From: an uncultured delta proteobacterium
GTDB lineage: Bacteria; Desulfobacterota; Syntrophia; Syntrophales; Smithellaceae
DNA: 64,000 nt
Assembly (NCBI GenBank): GCA_963726395.1
Contig: CAVSCG010000032.1
Coordinates: 26,777-90,776 of the forward strand
Reading direction: 5' to 3'
In this document: in pieces, positions 60,246 through 64,000 of the stretch
Numbering within the stretch: position 1 is the first letter of the stretch
Layout: every line of letters begins with the position of its first letter
The notes under the pieces: generated by a model
What the model was told of the DNA's origin: nothing
Seen by the model: only the letters and a program-made list of their open reading frames with translations
The model's database searches: none
Made by a program: the position numbers and the translations under genes

Positions 60246-60965
60246 CTAAAGAACTCTGGCCAGTGTCAATACCGCCACCTGTCCGGCACCGGCTTTGACG
60301 AGCGTCTTGGCGCATTCGTTAATCGTGGCGCCTGTTGTATAAACATCATCAACCAGGATCAAATTCCTGCCGCGGATTCTTTCCGGTAAAACGGCGACAA
60401 ACGCGCCGGAAATATTTTTTTCTCTTTCCTTTTTATCGAGACCTGTTTGCGTTAAAGTCAATTTACACCTTTTTAGCAAGGAAAAATCGACATTCAGGCC
60501 ATGTTTTTTTCCCAGATCGCGAGCTAAAATAAGCGATTGATTAAATCCTCTCTCTCGCAGCCGTTTGATGTGCAGAGGGACGGGGACAATGGCATCAAAA
60601 ATGCCAAAGTCTATATCGGTAAAATCGAAATCGGCCATCAGGCATGCTAGCGCGGCGCCTGTTGTAATATTCCGTCCATACTTGAATTGGTGAATCGCAT
60701 CGAGAATGACACCCTCATAAGCAACAGCGGCGCGAGCGGATGTGAACCAAGGTTTATTATCCATACAGGAGCCGCACAGATGATGTCCGGAAGGCGAGTT
60801 GGGAAAGATTATACCGCAAACCGGACAGTGGCTGTCGGTGATAAAAGTGATTTGACGGCGGCATTCGGGACAGAAGACCTCTTGGGGGCCGGCGGGGAGA
60901 ACCTCGGAGCACGCGAGGCAAAGAGGGCGGGAAAAGCACGTCGGATATTTCAGAAAAAAAATCAT
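60246..60965 (-). CDS. comF: ComF-family protein (double zinc ribbon + PRTase domain)
   Basis: CLAC...CPEC...CPVC...CGSC in the N-terminus. RGFNQS and LILVDDVYTTGATI PRPP-binding loop. Confidence 0.85.
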   Translation of the reverse strand: MIFFLKYPTCFSRPLCLACSEVLPAGPQEVFCPECRRQITFITDSHCPVCGIIFPNSPSGHHLCGSCMDNKPWFTSARAAVAYEGVILDAIHQFKYGRNITTGAALACLMADFDFTDIDFGIFDAIVPVPLHIKRLRERGFNQSLILARDLGKKHGLNVDFSLLKRCKLTLTQTGLDKKEREKNISGAFVAVLPERIRGRNLILVDDVYTTGATINECAKTLVKAGAGQVAVLTLARVL

Positions 60966-60971
60966 TTAAAA

Positions 60972-61367
60972 TCAAGCCATATCCTTGGTTAATTTCTTTA
61001 TTTCGGTAGCGTTTTCGTCAATCTCCATGCGCGGTGCGTCCCACAAATCTTCCAGACCGTAAAAAGAACGGGCCGATTCCTGAAAAACGGAGATGACCAC
61101 ATCGTCATAATCCAGAAGAATCCATTCCGCGTTTGCTTTACCTTCCACACCCAGCAGCCTGATATGTTCTTTTTTAAGATATTCCTGGACCGCGGCGGAA
61201 ACAGCCTGAACCTGCCGGTCGGTTGCTCCCGAGCAAATCAGCATATAGTCGGTAAACGAAGAGATTTCTTTAACGTTCAGTACTACAATATTTTTTGCTT
61301 TTTTCTGCAAGACGGCATTAATGCATAAAAGCAAACGCCGTGCCGATTCGTTTTTCTTAACTGGCAA
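60972..61367 (-). CDS. rsfS: Ribosome silencing factor RsfS
   Basis: KAKNIVVLNVKEISSFTDYMLICSGATDRQVQAV...WILLDYDDVVISVF...YGLEDLW. TTG start after GAGGAGG. Confidence 0.9.
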   Translation of the reverse strand: MPVKKNESARRLLLCINAVLQKKAKNIVVLNVKEISSFTDYMLICSGATDRQVQAVSAAVQEYLKKEHIRLLGVEGKANAEWILLDYDDVVISVFQESARSFYGLEDLWDAPRMEIDENATEIKKLTKDMA

Positions 61368-61381
61368 AAAAACCTCCTCAT

Positions 61382-61417
61382 ATCCTTAATAGCCTTAACC
61401 ATTAATCCTTGAACCTG
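61382..61417. repeat. Heptamer-periodic AAGG-type repeat (copy 3, inverted orientation)
   Basis: The reverse complement reads CAGGTT CAAGGAT TAATGGT TAAGGCT ATTAAGG AT. This is related to the units at 7546 and 46586. Confidence 0.35.
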
Positions 61418-61567
61418 TCTTTTCTATGTCACAATTGCTAAAACTTAACAATATGTCATTTTCGGTTGTCACTGTGATGATGCTGCTGGGCCTCTTCATT
61501 GGTGTTGTGAAAAAAAAATGACTATGGTAAATCAACAACCCTTATTTATCTTTAAAGGGATTTTAAC

Positions 61568-62361
61568 ATGCTTGACATTTTAAGAAGAGTTCACACGCAC
61601 ATGCCTTATCATCTACTACCCCAGTATCTACCGATGATCTTGGAGAAGAAGCTCAACTTGGAGATATATTTCAGTCACTTTGCGTTAGAGTCACTGGATA
61701 AGAATCAGTGCATCAAGACAGCCGAAACACTTAAGGATGCCGGACTAAAAGTGACTTTTCACGCTCCTTTTGTGGACCTGAGGCCTGGCGCACTCGATGA
61801 TCAGATCCGAAAGACCAGTCTGGACAGGATTCGGCAGGTGTTCGACCTGACGCCGTATTTCCAGCCGCTGAAAATTGTCTGCCACCCATCCTTTGATGAC
61901 CGCTATTATGTGGACTGTGATAATTTATGGCTGGAAAACAGCATCAATTTCTGGCACCAGCTTATCCCACTTGCCAAAGATGGAGGGACCCTCATTGCGC
62001 TGGAAAATGTTTATGAAAAAGAGCCGCACATTTTACGCCGTCTGTTCGAAACGCTTGCTTCGGATCAAGTTTGTTTTTGCTTCGACACGGGGCATTTCAA
62101 CGTTTTCTCCTATGCGCCTTTGAAAACCTGGATGGAGCAGATGGGCCGGTATGTCGGCCATCTGCATCTGCATGATAATTTTGGCAAGTTCGATGAGCAT
62201 TTGCCGGTGGGCGCGGCGACGTTTCCGTTTGATCCGTTTTTTGCCGCGCTGAAAGCTTAAAGGTGAAACCGACGATTACGCTGGAGGCACATGCGCAGGA
62301 ACATCTTTGGCAGTCGGCGGCCAATTTACAAAAGATGTCGCTTTTGGATAGCTTGGATTAA
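61568..62361 (+). pseudogene. Sugar phosphate isomerase/epimerase (xylose-isomerase-like TIM barrel), one frameshift near the 3' end
   Basis: ORF 61568..62260 (TFHAPF, ALENVYE, FDTGHFN, HLHDN metal ligand pattern). It continues as LKVKPTITLEAHAQEHLWQSAANLQKM...* in another frame, to the stop at 62359-62361. One nt is missing near 62255-62257. Confidence 0.7.
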
Positions 62362-62391
62362 AAGATTTGAATTTCTAACGTGGAGAGAAGG

Positions 62392-63366
62392 ATGTCCACC
62401 TATCTGATCAAAAGAGTCCTCTTCATGATTCCGCTTCTACTCGGTATCACGATCATTTGCTTTTTTGTGATGCGTCTGGCGCCGGGATCGCCTACGGATT
62501 TGCAGACGCAGATGAATCCGAAAGCGTCGGCTGAGATGAAAGAGCGGCTGATGAGCATGTATGAGCTGGATAAGCCCATTCATGTTCAATATTGGTCGTG
62601 GCTGAAGAAACTGGGGCGCGGCGATTTGGGTACTTCCTTTTCATCCGACCACCGGCCGGTTTCCGAAAAGATTCTGGAGCGTCTGCCGATTACGATTCTT
62701 ATCAATTTTCTGTCGTTGCTCATTATCATCGCTGTGGCTGTACCGATTGGTGTTCTGTCGGCCGTTCATCAGGATTCTCTATTTGATAAAGTGACCGCTG
62801 TGTTCGTGTTTATCGGTTTTGCCGTGCCGACCTTCTGGCTGGCTCTGCTCTTGATGATCTTTTTCGGTATTTCCCTGGGGTGGCTGCCGATTTCGGGATT
62901 GCGGTCTCTCAATTATGAATATCTGAGTGCCTGGGGGCAGCTGGTGGATCTGGCCAAACATTTGATTCTACCAGTCTTTATCTCCGCTTTCGGGGGACTG
63001 GCCGGACTTTCCCGTTACATGCGGGCCAATATGCTGGAGGTCATCCGGCAGGATTATATTCTGACAGCCCGAGCCAAGGGGTTGAGCGAAAGACAGGTGA
63101 TTTATAAACATGCTTTCCGCAACGCGCTCTTGCCGGCGATCACCATCTTAGGATTGTCCGTTCCCGGCCTGATCGGTGGCAGCGTCATCTTTGAAACGAT
63201 CTTCGCAATTCCGGGCATGGGGCAGTTGTTTTACATGTCGGTCATGGCTCGCGACTATCCGACGGTGATGGGGATATTACTCATCGGCGCGATTTTGACG
63301 CTGGTGGGGAATTTGATTGCTGATTTATCTTACGCCTTAGCGGATCCGCGGATTAGAATTTCCTGA
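62392..63366 (+). CDS. ABC transporter permease (DppB/OppB-type peptide/nickel family)
   Basis: [17 protein letters not shown]-terminus. EAA loop [30 protein letters not shown] 62392 follows GGAGAGAAGG. Confidence 0.85.
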   Translation: MSTYLIKRVLFMIPLLLGITIICFFVMRLAPGSPTDLQTQMNPKASAEMKERLMSMYELDKPIHVQYWSWLKKLGRGDLGTSFSSDHRPVSEKILERLPITILINFLSLLIIIAVAVPIGVLSAVHQDSLFDKVTAVFVFIGFAVPTFWLALLLMIFFGISLGWLPISGLRSLNYEYLSAWGQLVDLAKHLILPVFISAFGGLAGLSRYMRANMLEVIRQDYILTARAKGLSERQVIYKHAFRNALLPAITILGLSVPGLIGGSVIFETIFAIPGMGQLFYMSVMARDYPTVMGILLIGAILTLVGNLIADLSYALADPRIRIS

Positions 63367-63377
63367 GGGTGATTTAG

Positions 63378-64000
63378 ATGAATTTCTGGGAAATGTTTTA
63401 TAAAAATAAACTGGCGCTGACCGGCTGCGGCATCGTCCTGTTGTTATTAGTGGTCTCTCTGCTGGCGCCTGTGATCGCGCCTTACGATCCCGGCGCGATT
63501 GATCTGAAAAATGTCCTGGCGCCGCCGTCGGGACAGCACTGGTTTGGCACGGATCAGCTGGGGCGCGATGTTCTTTCCCGTATGATCTGGGGAGCGCGCA
63601 TTTCCCTTAAGGTCGGTTTTGTCGCTACGGGTCTCGCTATTCTCATCGGGATGATTCTGGGCGCTGTTGCCGGATACTACGGTGGCTGGATCGACGCGAC
63701 GATTATGCGTTTTGTGGATGTTATGCTTTGTTTCCCAACCTTTTTTCTGATTCTGGCGGTGATTGCCTTTCTGGAGCCTTCGATCTGGAATATTATGATT
63801 GTGATCGGGCTCACCGGCTGGATGGGGGTGACCCGTCTGGTGCGGGCGGATTTTATCTCGCTTCGCGAGCGGGATTTCGTTCGGGCGGCCCGGGCTATTG
63901 GCGCAAACGATGCGCGGATTATTTTTATGCACATACTGCCTAACGCGCTCGCATCCATTCTGGTTGCGGCCACCTGGGCATAGCTGGCGCGATTCTGACG
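63378..64000 (+). pseudogene. ABC transporter permease (DppC/OppC-type), 3' end outside window, probable frameshift at 63973-63974
   Basis: GTDQLGRDVLSRMIWGARISL and FVRAARAIGANDARIIFMHILPNAL (EAA loop). The ORF stops at 63983, but ...AATLGIAGAILT continues in the -1 frame to the window edge. Confidence 0.75.

Noticed and set aside
1-64000. tRNA, rRNA, CRISPR arrays, IS elements/transposases, integrases, prophage or classical defence genes (RM, Cas, Abi, retron RT)
   Set aside because: None was recognised. Intergenic spacers are short and were read individually. The only repeats are the short heptamer arrays and terminator palindromes, and the only mobile-element trace is the ORF-less intron. 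A tRNAscan/Infernal run would be needed for formal exclusion.

Overview
This window looks like a mostly housekeeping chromosomal segment from an anaerobic, Desulfobacterota-like (deltaproteobacterial) genome. That placement is an inference from gene content: hypB, pyruvate phosphate dikinase, many radical-SAM proteins, and DUF4390-NtrY plus a sigma54 regulator. About 60 protein genes are recognisable:
- Ni/hydrogenase maturation: hypB plus a His-rich transporter.
- Central and nucleotide metabolism: ppdK, hpt, proB, purC, hisF, a standalone GMP-synthase ATP-PPase domain, and a carboxyltransferase / SDR / binding-protein / CoA-transferase group.
- DNA repair and replication: uvrB, ruvCAB, priA, a Ski2-like helicase.
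- Translation: rplU-rpmA-obg, fmt, rsmB, rsfS, queH, an RlmL-like methylase.
- Envelope: lpxC, an MltB-like transglycosylase, a PlsC-like acyltransferase, rfaE-II.
- Signalling: DUF4390-ntrY plus a sigma54 response regulator, dksA.
- Chaperone dnaJ and peptide ABC permeases.

I recognised no rRNA, tRNA, CRISPR array, IS element or prophage.

The only clearly accessory piece is a ~1 kb islet at 9.6-10.6 kb. It holds an ORF-less group II intron remnant, hicB, and a possible hicA remnant.

The strongest global signal is technical or evolutionary. At least 24 single-nucleotide frameshifts interrupt 14 otherwise well-conserved genes: ppdK, uvrB, priA, hisF, rsmB, dksA, ntrY, a large radical-SAM gene, an MFS transporter and others. 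The ORF track therefore fragments real genes. I merged those fragments into single 'pseudogene' spans.

Other unusual items:
- A 110-aa histone-H1-like Lys/Ala tail fused in frame to PPDK.
- Two tandem paralogous ~150-aa proteins of unknown function, possibly RsbR-N/sensor-globin-like.
- Two families of heptamer-periodic intergenic repeats shared between distant loci.
- A lipoprotein ankyrin / alpha-beta hydrolase operon.

I did not find a convincing multi-gene novel defence or biosynthetic system. The candidates are listed with modest interest scores.
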